This document shows, piece after piece, positions 24,828 to 35,800 of a stretch of 64,000 nt of DNA; position 1 is the first letter of the stretch; each line of letters begins with the position of its first letter. The position numbers and the translations under genes were made by a program. The stretch lies in the IMG/VR virus record IMGVR_UViG_3300049914_000251, positions 32,001 to 96,000 of that record; one strand, given 5' to 3'. A model generated the notes under the pieces. The model did no database searches. It worked only from the letters and a program-made list of their open reading frames with translations, and was not told the DNA's origin. The DNA is from a virus.

Positions 24828-27304
24828 TCCTCCACATTTAACAGATCATCAGCCTGACGCTTGGAGCCAATATAGCAACACCCGAAATCCTCCTCCAATT
24901 CGAAAGGCTCCAGAATCTTCTCACCGTCCCGGTTCTTTAATATCTGAGCACGCAGCTTACCCGGCTCATCGGCCATTTGTAGCAGGGTTAATATGACATC
25001 TGCACTTCTCTCAGACTCAGAAGTATTTGCCAACACAGCCAAAGTATATCTCCCAAGTTTGGCTGCCTCAACCCACTGGGCCTGTTTTGCCTGCCACGGA
25101 GAAAGCACAGGAATTCCGGAACCGTTAAAAGATACTGCTATCTGCTTCATCTCGATAATAACTTCGTCGATTTCCTCTCGCTTCTCGACTCTTTTTCGAT
25201 CAGAATGCACCAGATTCAGATAATCCAGAGCAAACAAGTCTATATTGAACATTGTCTGATAAGCTATTAACCGGTCATAAATATATCTAGGAGTACATCG
25301 ATAAGGCATTTGAAATATTTGAATCCGTCCATACCCGCCAGCCTTCAAATCATCGAGAACCTCATCATACAGCGCTTCGTCCGGAAGAGAAAGACCACCG
25401 CCCTTAATGTCCTTATACCTTAACACACGGCCTTCAAACTTCGGACTCTTACGACAATGCAAACAGGCCAAACGCCTTCTCACCTGCGCTCTTGTAGACT
25501 CTGCAGTGCCCAGCACCACATTCTTCCCCTGCACAAAAGCAGCATTATAAATAACATTCTCCACAAGAGTAGTTTTTCCTTGCGATGTGTTGTGTACCTT
25601 AAAAGGAGTTAGGTAATAACCAGACGTTGTTTTTAGGCCTATGACAGATCGCGGCTCTTCCCTGATTACACTTTTAACACGCGTCAAAACATATCCAGGA
25701 GTGCTTACCTTGAAATTATGATACCCCCTACCCGGAGGCCTTTCTTTTTCGCCCGCTGTATTCTGTACTGTAAATCTGTAATGTTTCCCAGATGAGTTAG
25801 GAAATGCCGTAATCCCATCTTTAATTTCCTGTAAACATCCAAACTTGCCTCTTTTGGCAACAAGAACTACTATGCCCTCCATGACCTCACGATTATAAGA
25901 TGTCCAGCTGCGCCGTTTACCCTGTATGTTTCTCATACCATCAAGATAATTGTCCAAAAATGCGTTTGTTAAATTCAAAGGAAGTTTGAATAACCATCCC
26001 GGTAGTCTCTTAGTCAAAGCGCCTCTACCAAATTCACGAACTATCCACTCAACAAAAGGCCGCCCCGTAAAAGTTATTCTTCTATACACTGTCCTGTGAT
26101 TATATTCCTTTAACGCAAACGAAATACCCATTTTCCGCAAAATGGCCTCTGCCTTATCTGCATCCTCATATAGTCTCTTACCATATGAGATACTTATAGA
26201 ATATAACCTATCCTCTTGTCCGCTTTTATTTGCCGATGGATTACCGTTTGAAACGTAATGTGCTAAAAGCAACATCAGATCCTCGTTGAACTCTACGCTA
26301 ACCCCACGTTTCAAATGCTCATGCTTAGACCCCAGCCTGAAACATAACTTTTCTGGGATCACCGCATCCTGTAACACCGGGATAGCTAAATAATCCCCAG
26401 CACTAACATCAGCAGCTTTTACTAATGTCAATGTACGAGGACCAGTCCTTCTCCTTACACAAATAGGATGTTGTAACGTAAACAACTTCGCTGGTAAAGA
26501 ATCCGTACGAATAGACACCAACGACTCAGGATCAAATTTCCACTTGCCAGCAACCCTACCGCACAACGGTACGCCATCCCCGATTTCAACATCTTCTATC
26601 TTTTTAAACCCCCCGTCCGTAAAAACAAATTCCCCTTCAGGCTGACAATAGGCACCGACCAACCACAAATCCCCTGCCGTCATACCAAAAGTCACTTCGT
26701 CAATTTCCCGAATCCCTGTCTTAATATAAACAGCCGCCTTATTAGCTTTAATGGACTTATACTCATCCCGCATCAATCCTATCTCATCCCGCATGTTTCC
26801 TTCAGGGAACACCCCGGACAACCTATCCAAATCAGTGCTCCTGGTCGCTATCATTTTTACAGCCGCATCATAGCCCTTAATTGCAGCTCCACCCACCATT
26901 TTACCCTCTGTAAGCACCTGCATCGCATCGGTCAACGTCTCAGCCAGCTTCTCAGACTTAATAATATCAACTAAACCATCCACAGCAAACTTAAACTTAG
27001 CTGTAGACACCTTAGCCTGCACAGCTACCAGCTTCTTATACAGCTCCATAACTTCGAATACCTGTGCCTCTGTCTTGCCCGCACCTTTAAGTGCAGATTC
27101 CAAATCTTCAGCGTCGATAATTTGCCCCGTCAGCTTATGATACCTTACCAGCGCCTGAAACAACGGCAAAAACCGCTCTTCAATCATCTCCTCGCGAAGC
27201 CTGCAGGACACGTGCCAGAACCTGTCCTTTATATCCTCACCAGAGCTTTGAATAAGAGCAGCAATTACGACTAACTGAAAACGCTCTTTGTCCTTTTCGT
27301 CCAT
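24824..27304 (-). CDS. dnaB: DnaB-like replicative helicase containing an intein
   Basis: IKTGIREID, split Walker A GAY|TSQGKTT, ALDYLNL, SPWQ, ERSADVIL, LKNRDGE. Confidence 0.88.
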   Translation of the reverse strand: MDEKDKERFQLVVIAALIQSSGEDIKDRFWHVSCRLREEMIEERFLPLFQALVRYHKLTGQIIDAEDLESALKGAGKTEAQVFEVMELYKKLVAVQAKVSTAKFKFAVDGLVDIIKSEKLAETLTDAMQVLTEGKMVGGAAIKGYDAAVKMIATRSTDLDRLSGVFPEGNMRDEIGLMRDEYKSIKANKAAVYIKTGIREIDEVTFGMTAGDLWLVGAYCQPEGEFVFTDGGFKKIEDVEIGDGVPLCGRVAGKWKFDPESLVSIRTDSLPAKLFTLQHPICVRRRTGPRTLTLVKAADVSAGDYLAIPVLQDAVIPEKLCFRLGSKHEHLKRGVSVEFNEDLMLLLAHYVSNGNPSANKSGQEDRLYSISISYGKRLYEDADKAEAILRKMGISFALKEYNHRTVYRRITFTGRPFVEWIVREFGRGALTKRLPGWLFKLPLNLTNAFLDNYLDGMRNIQGKRRSWTSYNREVMEGIVVLVAKRGKFGCLQEIKDGITAFPNSSGKHYRFTVQNTAGEKERPPGRGYHNFKVSTPGYVLTRVKSVIREEPRSVIGLKTTSGYYLTPFKVHNTSQGKTTLVENVIYNAAFVQGKNVVLGTAESTRAQVRRRLACLHCRKSPKFEGRVLRYKDIKGGGLSLPDEALYDEVLDDLKAGGYGRIQIFQMPYRCTPRYIYDRLIAYQTMFNIDLFALDYLNLVHSDRKRVEKREEIDEVIIEMKQIAVSFNGSGIPVLSPWQAKQAQWVEAAKLGRYTLAVLANTSESERSADVILTLLQMADEPGKLRAQILKNRDGEKILEPFELEEDFGCCYIGSKRQADDLLNVEE
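25589..26647 (-). mobile_element. intein with LAGLIDADG-type homing endonuclease domain (353 aa)
   Basis: Starts CQPEG; block B FTLQHP; LLAHYVSNG and AFLDNYLDG helices; ends VHN|T. Confidence 0.88.
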
Positions 27305-27322
27305 ATCAGCCCCTACTATAAT

Positions 27323-27628
27323 TTATACCTTATTGGCGTGATAAGTACCGTGATCTATCCGATCCATCACTTTAAGATCATCAAGATCAACATCGCTGTA
27401 ATTAACCGTCTTACCCTGCTCTATATCAACACACGTCCATATAGGAATCATGAACTTCTCTCGCCTGTCAATATCATTTACATAATATAAATCGTCTCCC
27501 GAAAACGTAGCTACTACCTTCCGCTGTGTTCCAGCCTTGCCCGTAAGAATCAGCACATCTTCCACCAGAACCAGCTGATATCCAGCTCCACGCTGCCACC
27601 TCAACAAATACCCGGTTAAATCATCCAT
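27323..27628 (-). CDS. hypothetical protein
   Basis: 101-aa ORF, GGAGG RBS. Confidence 0.6.
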   Translation of the reverse strand: MDDLTGYLLRWQRGAGYQLVLVEDVLILTGKAGTQRKVVATFSGDDLYYVNDIDRREKFMIPIWTCVDIEQGKTVNYSDVDLDDLKVMDRIDHGTYHANKV

Positions 27629-27636
27629 ATTTCCTC

Positions 27637-29100
27637 CTACCCGAGCAGACTCAACAATTCTGCCCTTGTTAATGCCGGAAAGATATCGGATTTCTCCCCA
27701 AAAACCACATTTGAAATAGCTTCCTTTCGCTTCAGTAACTCAGGAATTTTATCCTCTAAAGTATCTCGCGCCATAATATTTATGAATACCACCTTAGCAT
27801 GCGGAGACCCGAACCTGCGCATCCGTCCTATCAGTTGCTCGGTGCGCTTGGGGTTAAAAAATTGGTTCAACGCTATAATATAGGCCGAAACCTGCAGATT
27901 CAGTGACTGTCCCAAAGCCTCTGTCCCCAAGCATACCGATACTCCGGGATCTTCCCAGAACCTTTTACGATTAACCTCCTTCTGCGTATTATTTTGCAGC
28001 CCTGTCATCAGCACATACCCCATCTTTTCCTTATCGAATCGCTTGGAAATAGCCTCTATCACCTTCAGATACCGTGCGAACACTATCACTTTCTGATCCG
28101 CCAAATCCCCGGTCAACATCTCCATCATCAGGTCCAGCTTAGACGAAACGTCGGCCTCTCCGATAGTATACAGTGTGTCAGCTATCATCTGCAACCTGTG
28201 CAACGAAGCCATTATATTAGCATTGCTCATCCCGCCCGCAGTATCTCGATACCCCTTCCTATCGGTAACATACCGAGCCTTCTGAGCCGCATGTAGCTCC
28301 ACCCACTTATCAACCACCGTAACCGGCGGTAGGAACTGCTCTATGTCCTTTAAGGTTCTTCTAATATAATATGGAGCTATCCGCTGCATGAAGTCGGCAA
28401 CATTCTTATACCCCAGCATTTTAGGATATTGAAACCTTCTGCCATACTTACTAACACCATCTATCATAAGCTCACGTTGATAACGCTTCCGAAATTGCTC
28501 GCGATCACCCAGCACATGCTCTAGCCCAAGCACACAGAACAATGTGTGCATATCCACCAACGTGTTCTGAATAGGAGTAGCAGTAATGTTTACACGCCTG
28601 GGAACGTGCCTGACTAACCGCATAACAGCCCTTTTAGTTTTAGTGACATAATTACGAAAATATGCCGCTTCATCGAACACAACAATATCAAACCTAATAT
28701 CCTTTAAATAGTCCTCATCCCTGAGCATCAAAGGATAAGAAATAATCAGCACGTCATACCAAGAGCCATACGTTGAAACCCTCTGCGTCTTTCCCCCGAT
28801 AGCTACTGCCGCCTCGAGGCCTGTGAACTTCTTGACCTCGCCCTCCCACTGTAATACCGCCTTCGGCTCCGCTAATATCAAAGCCTTGCCCAGCTCCCCT
28901 CTGCTCTTCAATAACTGCAACAAAGCGAGCGCCTGTATCGTTTTTCCACTTCCGCAGATATCGAACAGGTTCGCTCGCTCAGCGACATACAAATAAGCCA
29001 CACCCGTCTGTTGAAACGGATACAGCTCGCCCTTAAACCCGGGCACTTTTACGCTTATACGAGATGCCTTGACTTCAAGCAGCTTCTCTGGAGAAATCAC
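27637..29100 (-). CDS. SNF2-family helicase
   Basis: LYPFQ, GSGKT, FDEA, TATPIQN, RRT, SSKL, GQSLNLQ, QLIGRMRRFG. Confidence 0.9.
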   Translation of the reverse strand: MISPEKLLEVKASRISVKVPGFKGELYPFQQTGVAYLYVAERANLFDICGSGKTIQALALLQLLKSRGELGKALILAEPKAVLQWEGEVKKFTGLEAAVAIGGKTQRVSTYGSWYDVLIISYPLMLRDEDYLKDIRFDIVVFDEAAYFRNYVTKTKRAVMRLVRHVPRRVNITATPIQNTLVDMHTLFCVLGLEHVLGDREQFRKRYQRELMIDGVSKYGRRFQYPKMLGYKNVADFMQRIAPYYIRRTLKDIEQFLPPVTVVDKWVELHAAQKARYVTDRKGYRDTAGGMSNANIMASLHRLQMIADTLYTIGEADVSSKLDLMMEMLTGDLADQKVIVFARYLKVIEAISKRFDKEKMGYVLMTGLQNNTQKEVNRKRFWEDPGVSVCLGTEALGQSLNLQVSAYIIALNQFFNPKRTEQLIGRMRRFGSPHAKVVFINIMARDTLEDKIPELLKRKEAISNVVFGEKSDIFPALTRAELLSLLG

Positions 29101-29234
29101 GTCTGCTTCGCCTTTCTTTTTAATGTAGCGTTCTTAAAAGCGTTTACAAAACTCCTTCCATGCTTCGCCATACGAGAACCCTTGGCCTTGAGTTTTCTTT
29201 CCCGCTTTTCCTGCCTCGTTTCTACTTCTTCCAC
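29097..29234 (-). CDS. small basic protein
   Basis: Manual translation MEEVETRQEKRERKLKAKG...KQT; GTGA overlap with the SNF2 start. Confidence 0.4.
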   Translation of the reverse strand: MEEVETRQEKRERKLKAKGSRMAKHGRSFVNAFKNATLKRKAKQT

Positions 29235-29270
29235 ACTATATGTTATACCTTCGCTTGTAGTTACACAATA

Positions 29271-29828
29271 CTACTCATCAGTATAATACACATCCAAAGT
29301 AGCTAATTTATCAAACCACACCTCACGATCCTCATTCCGCCTATCATCAGACCACATTAACCAACTAAACTTCTTTCCCCTGTTTTCGACAGCATCCCGA
29401 ACCAATGCAGTAACATCAACATCAATGGATGCAGGTGCGGGAACTACAGGCACGTAGACCCGAACAGGATCTGTATACGTATAATCACCACCAGTAGCAG
29501 CCCAATGACGCTGTGGAGGATCATAACAATTCCACGTAGCATCCCACGCCCAATCCGTTCGGGTACAACGATAAAGATACACCTCATCAGGCTCCCCGGC
29601 AAACGGAGGAATTGGCTGATGCCCTCCTGTCACTATCTCATTAAGATTCAATGTCGCACCACACACTATTTTGTGCGCCGGAAATGCCGCAAGATCAAAA
29701 ATTCCCAGGCCGTGCGTATCAGCAATACCGTATGTATCATAAGAAGGCCATATCCTAACTTCAATATAACTCAGACTTCCATAAGAATAATCCGGCATTC
29801 CCCAATAAAGAAACGTGCCGTTACCCAT
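29271..29828 (-). CDS. DNRLRE-like virion protein
   Basis: GIFDL...ATLNL...LYRCTRTDW...ATWN...W...GGDY...DVTALVRD. Confidence 0.65.
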   Translation of the reverse strand: MGNGTFLYWGMPDYSYGSLSYIEVRIWPSYDTYGIADTHGLGIFDLAAFPAHKIVCGATLNLNEIVTGGHQPIPPFAGEPDEVYLYRCTRTDWAWDATWNCYDPPQRHWAATGGDYTYTDPVRVYVPVVPAPASIDVDVTALVRDAVENRGKKFSWLMWSDDRRNEDREVWFDKLATLDVYYTDE

Positions 29829-32800
29829 CTAAAATGTAATGTGTGGCAACGGTATAGCATTATAATAAACACCTGAAACATAATCGACAGAATACCCGCT
29901 TAAATACTCCCAAGAAATGTAAGACCAGGCACGAAAATAATAATGTATCGTTGTGTTCAAATACAACGTGACTGTCTCAAGAGGCCCAAAATACGCTAAA
30001 ATTCCATCCGTAGGAGATGTAGGATACCCCGTAGTTTTATATCGTATCATCGTCCACGGCGTAAACTCAGTCAATATTGTATTTTTCCAGTCCATTTTCA
30101 CTTTACCGGGCACTACCTCTGTCACCGCAAAACCTGTCGGCGGTCCCGGAGCCGTTAAAAAGTGCCTCGGATTTCCCCAATACGTTCCCGTACCAAAAGA
30201 AGCATCTTTAGCAAACGCCACACAATTATATAACGTACCTGGAGCTAATCCGTGTAAAGTAGCACTAAAAGGCTCGCCCTCCTGACAAATAGCGCCCCAC
30301 GCATTAACTATGCTGTGAAACCCCGCCGCAGACGGATCAAGCCTGTGCTCTCTTGGCCTTTGAACAGGCCAGCTGAATTCACCTGAACTGTATGCAAAAC
30401 CAGCACTGTCAAATAAATTATGACCCAGGCTAATTTTTGTATAATTTGTAGGCGCTCCCCACACCTCTACCTGATGTGCTGTTATATCAGATGGTGACAA
30501 CGTCACCACCATATCAGCTTCAGATTCCCAAGCATTAAAACCAATAGATGGCAAACCGGACACCCAGTCCGTACCTTTAAACACGAAAGCCCTATCCGGT
30601 AAAGTGTTCTGACTAAAAGCACACTTCAGCGGCCAGTATTGATGCATAAGACTAGGAGTAAAAGTGTCGTCAGAATCAATATTTCCGCCTACCCAATAAC
30701 GCTCTATCTCACTCCACCCCGTAATAGCATTACCGCTGCCCACCTTAAACAAGGTATCTTTCGTATCATCAGCCGTCCACGGTAACATAGGATCGCCATC
30801 CCAGTATACAAGATGCCCCGGATTTGTTGAGTCTACTGCATAATACACACGTATTGCATTACCAGCACCTACGCCAGTCCCTCGAATAGTAAAAGCGTAA
30901 ACAGTGTCTCCATCTAACAAAGGAGAAGGCGTAACTGGAAACCACACGCCTATCCACTGTGGCCCTGAAACAGCGAACGCCAAATCTGGAATAACATAAG
31001 AGAAAATCGGACTGCTGCCTGTCGGAATTCCACCACTACTAACATCCCACATCTCAAAAACCGCCGTTCCTGTTCCAGTACTAGCAGCGTAAATATCTAT
31101 ACACGTTACACTCAACCATCCAGGTTGCAACGTTTGCCCTACAGCCTTGTTATCATGCAGACTATAGTAAGCTGATGGAGTACCTGTTGCCATATCAGTA
31201 GACCACTCCCAAATCTCATCTACCTTTTGAGTACAACTTTGAAGCAAAACCCTCTTAGTCGTCCCATCATCCCACTCCCAAGCTATATGGGTCACTCCAT
31301 TCTTATCCACGGCAATAGAAGGACTGTAATGATCTCCAGCATAAGGCCAATCTACACCCCAGAAAGTATCCTCATACAGATTAATTATAGGCTCCCACCC
31401 TGACGGACCTTTGCGCCTGTACATAACTCGCGACTTAAGAGGTAAAAGGCCCCATCCTTTGCCCTGCCAAACAACCGCAGGATATCCCGACGGATCTACT
31501 GCAACACACGGATTTGTTTGCTTATCAACATACACCCCTTTCATAGATACATTATCATCGCCGCAATAAATATCCTGAGTATAAGGATCAGGCGGATGAT
31601 AACGCTGACTATCATAAGCTATGTGAATCGAGTTACTCAAACCTACAACTACACTTCCTTTAGTAGCATCTCCAACACCTCCCCAACGATACGCATCAAT
31701 CCAGCCACCAGAACCACCGTACAACACCCACAACTGTTGATAAATCGGCGGCACAGGAAGAACACGCGGTGCCGACGCTACCATCACCATCTGACTTAGA
31801 GAGTTTACAGAAATACTTACATCCCACACTCCTGCCTGCTCAATCCACCACGCATATTGTCCGACTGGAAGTGAAATCGACGTAGGTAATCCATGCCAAG
31901 AGTTCCATACGCCTAACTCGCTCCTGTATCTATACTCGACATATGTCTCATCATTATTCCACGCTACATACAAACCCCCATACGAATCACAAGCACAGCA
32001 AGGCTGACTCAACCCTCCGCCATCTTCTGTATAAGAAGCCTGCTCAACTATCCATCCTGTAGGAGATGGCAACCAAGAAGGAAAGGCTGACAATCCTTTA
32101 TCATCATTATAAGCAGCGTAAATTCTACCATCGCTCCCTGCAAATACAAACCACAGTCTGCCTTGCGGAGTACGACACAGTTTTCTGCTTCCATTATACG
32201 CTATGTTATCCACATTCGCCTGGACCGCCGCTGGAGTATACGGACCACCATCAGCATTTACCCAGGCTACCTTACTAAACGCCTCCAAATCCCTGGACTT
32301 ATCCATAGTAACGTAAAACGAACTATCCAACGCGTTAGCATCAGCAGGCACATCTCCGGTCCAGTGATCAAAAGTATAATCACCAGTTTCCAAAGCCTCC
32401 AAACGAACCAACTGATATGGTAGCACCGCTGGATAATCATGCGTATACAGAGAATAAGTTACTACAAGATCATCCACAGCAAATACACCGCTACAAGATT
32501 CCACATTTAATATGAACACAGGAGCAACTACAGGATTTATGATCACAAATCCCTGTGTCTTCTTACACACCTTAAATGAAAAATCGAAATTAAAAGCGCC
32601 CCTGTTTCCAGCATTATGGGTCATACGACAATTACCAAACTGACCATGCCAGAAATCGCACCACATCGCCCACAGATTACCGCCCGGATAAGACGGAGAT
32701 GGGGAAATAACCACATCACCATTCCCCAACACTAAATAATAAGCTATAGGAACCCTCACGCGCGGAAAACCTGTCTTAGCCAGCACGTCTACAGAACCTC

Positions 32801-35800
32801 CCCACGCACGCACAACTTCCGCTAACTGATCCTTAGTAATAAACTGACTCCAATCAGCTGAAATACTTCTATCCAGCTCATTAGTAACTCCACGAACTAT
32901 CAGATTATCAGCTGCCATACCAAGATCCAACAACGCCACATTATGATTAGGAAATGCCAGTTGCACCGGATACCTCTTAATCTGAACCATAAGACTTGAC
33001 GACGGCAGATAAAACCAAGAACCTCCGTCTACACCATCATCGATACGAATACGAGTGAAAAGCTCCGGAGGCATTGGAGCACCTATAACCCTATAAACAG
33101 CCGATAACGTCAGATTTGTTTTAACCGTAATATCTGTAGGATTGGTAATCTTACTGCTCAGAAACTGATCCGTTTCGAAAACACCGCTTGGATATGAAGT
33201 GGACTCTTTTTGAGGAATTAAATTAGCGAAAGAAAGAGTCCAATAGTCAAATTCAAAATTGGCAACTGCCTCAGCCTCGGCAGAAACCACGCTGCCTGCA
33301 TCATAAACAAATACGCCCTCTCCAGGAATAACCACATGTCCCTGAGACGGCGTCAAGAAATCTACGTACACTTTCAAGAAGGCCTCTATATCATAATCAT
33401 CCAGCATGGTAATAACTGTGCTAATCAAAGTCGGATCTGCTACCTGTGAAACATCGCCCAGCCATTCCTTCCACAGGCTGGTATTGGCTGAGGCTTCTAT
33501 GGGAACTACTGCAGAAAGATTTTGAAACGCCTCACTGTGACCCACCCAAACCAAATTCTCAACATACCCCGATACGGCACCAGATAAATTTAACCCATAC
33601 AAATAACGTAAAGGACCATGAGACCAAAATGGCGCATCAGTTAAAGTAGCCCGCGCTAATCTGTTAGACTCTGTAGCCCTGTCAGCGGCCGAAGCATAAT
33701 TATCACAGTAAAACATACCATGTTCATAACGGAAACTGTCATACCAAAACCTTAAGTACATTGTAAGTGGAGCTGTAGAAAGCGCTGCAGTTCCTCCCAC
33801 CAAAATAGGCCCATCACATACTTCGTTATAAAGTTCAACATTAAACGTTACCGTACCAGCAAGTACACTGATCTGCACTCCAACAAAATCATCGACTACC
33901 AGTCCTCCCCAAGTACTCTTCAACTTAGCTAACAAGAAAGGCGTCAAAAGACCATCTCCTCCTGTAATACGCACGTCAGCCAAGAACTCAAAATCACCTG
34001 AAAGATTAATATAATCAACACCTTTATCAAATACTGCATAAACCTCACTACCGACGCTAGTAGAAAACGTAATACGATCCTGTGTCCTGCTTAATTCCAC
34101 AGCCGGATCATACTCCTCATATGTCCTGAAATCCTCGCCGCACGGTGGGGAAAGAATATTTCCCGTATATGAATCGCTAACCTTAGCCTGCAGCAAATAT
34201 TTTTCTACAAAATTAGCCATTATGCTATAATCGGCCGACATTACTATCTGCGTCGCCGCACAATCAGGATCCGCTAAAGTACCGATATCACCCGTCCAAA
34301 TACCTAAGTTGGGTATTGATAGCCCCGGATAATAATGAGCCACGTTAACCACAGCTAACAGATCAACAACTGTACCTTCATCATATGAAAATACTCCTAT
34401 TCCCGGAACCGTGACCGTCCCTCCAGTACCTGCTGTCACCGTCAAATTCCTTGTTATAGGAACCGTAACGAGCATACTAAACTTAAGTCCGGTAGCATCT
34501 GGAAAATTGGCGTTAACCTTTCTGATATCAAGAAATTTTTCCACATCCACCAGATAAACATTTACAGCGTCACAACCATATTGACCGGCATCAGAGATAG
34601 TTACAACAGGACCCGCATCAGCCTCGCCGCTACGAAGATAAAACGACCTCGATTTCCCAACTCCCGGAGGTACTGTAACATAGGCTGAAAGATTCTTCAA
34701 GATAAACTTGGAACCTGCCTGTGGCGCCATAGGTTGCTCCATCCAAGGTTCATAGCCCTCGCCATCGCACGATCCACAAATAGGATGAAACTCTTGCTCC
34801 CATCCATACATGGCATACGGATCCAGATCACCTGAAAATAAACAGCTCTCAAAATCAACTGTCGAATCAAACTGCAACGCCAGACAATAATACGAAGGAA
34901 CTGGAGAACCTGCAGGAGTTACAGAAATAGTGACTAAATCCCCTTGAGCTACTACTACCGTATTGACCAAGTCCTCTGCGCTATCTTCATAATCCGAAAC
35001 GACGCAGCTCAATCCCGTGTCTACGCCATTCACACGAACAGTAAAAGTATAAGAGCTGCCTACTCCCGGACCTCTGCCGAAAAGATAAAATCTAAAATTG
35101 TACGGACTAACTACATAATCACCCTCAGAAAACATAAAATCATAATCCGCAGCGTTTAACGTCCAACTAGCACCATAATCTGTAGAGTAACCGCCTTGCC
35201 CGCCTGCGTAAGTAGCCCCTACGCTGTCTACACGCCAAAGAATATAATCAGAATTACTCTCCAGGTTTTCACTGAGAACTATAGCATATTTGACACCTGC
35301 AACAAGAGCGACCCCGGGATTACTTGTTACCCAATCATAAAGCAACATAGTGTACCACGCGCCTGCACTGTTTGTGGTTATACCACTTGCATCCATATCA
35401 CCATAAGCTAAAGGATCGCCCGTTGGTTTTCCTGCTCCGTCCGTAGCATACACGTAAACCGTAAGAGTATCAGGAGTCCCTACCCTGTATATCCTTACTT
35501 TAGCCCACCATGCAGTATGACTTACTAATGGTGTAATAGACTGCATCCGCTGATAATTAAGTGCTGTACCTACAATAGAAGAAGTATTGTCTCCTGTAGT
35601 ATAGCTCTCACGTACTTGCTCTACTGCAGAAGTTACCATAATTGGATTCCACGTTCCACCGGAATCCAACGATTCTACAGCGCCATCTACTGCAACAGCC
35701 GTTCCCCAAACCGACGCAATCTCCACTAACTCACTAGGTATCCTAAACACTACCCAGTATGTCGTACCTGAAACGACCTGAATTTCGTCGTCAAAAGTTA

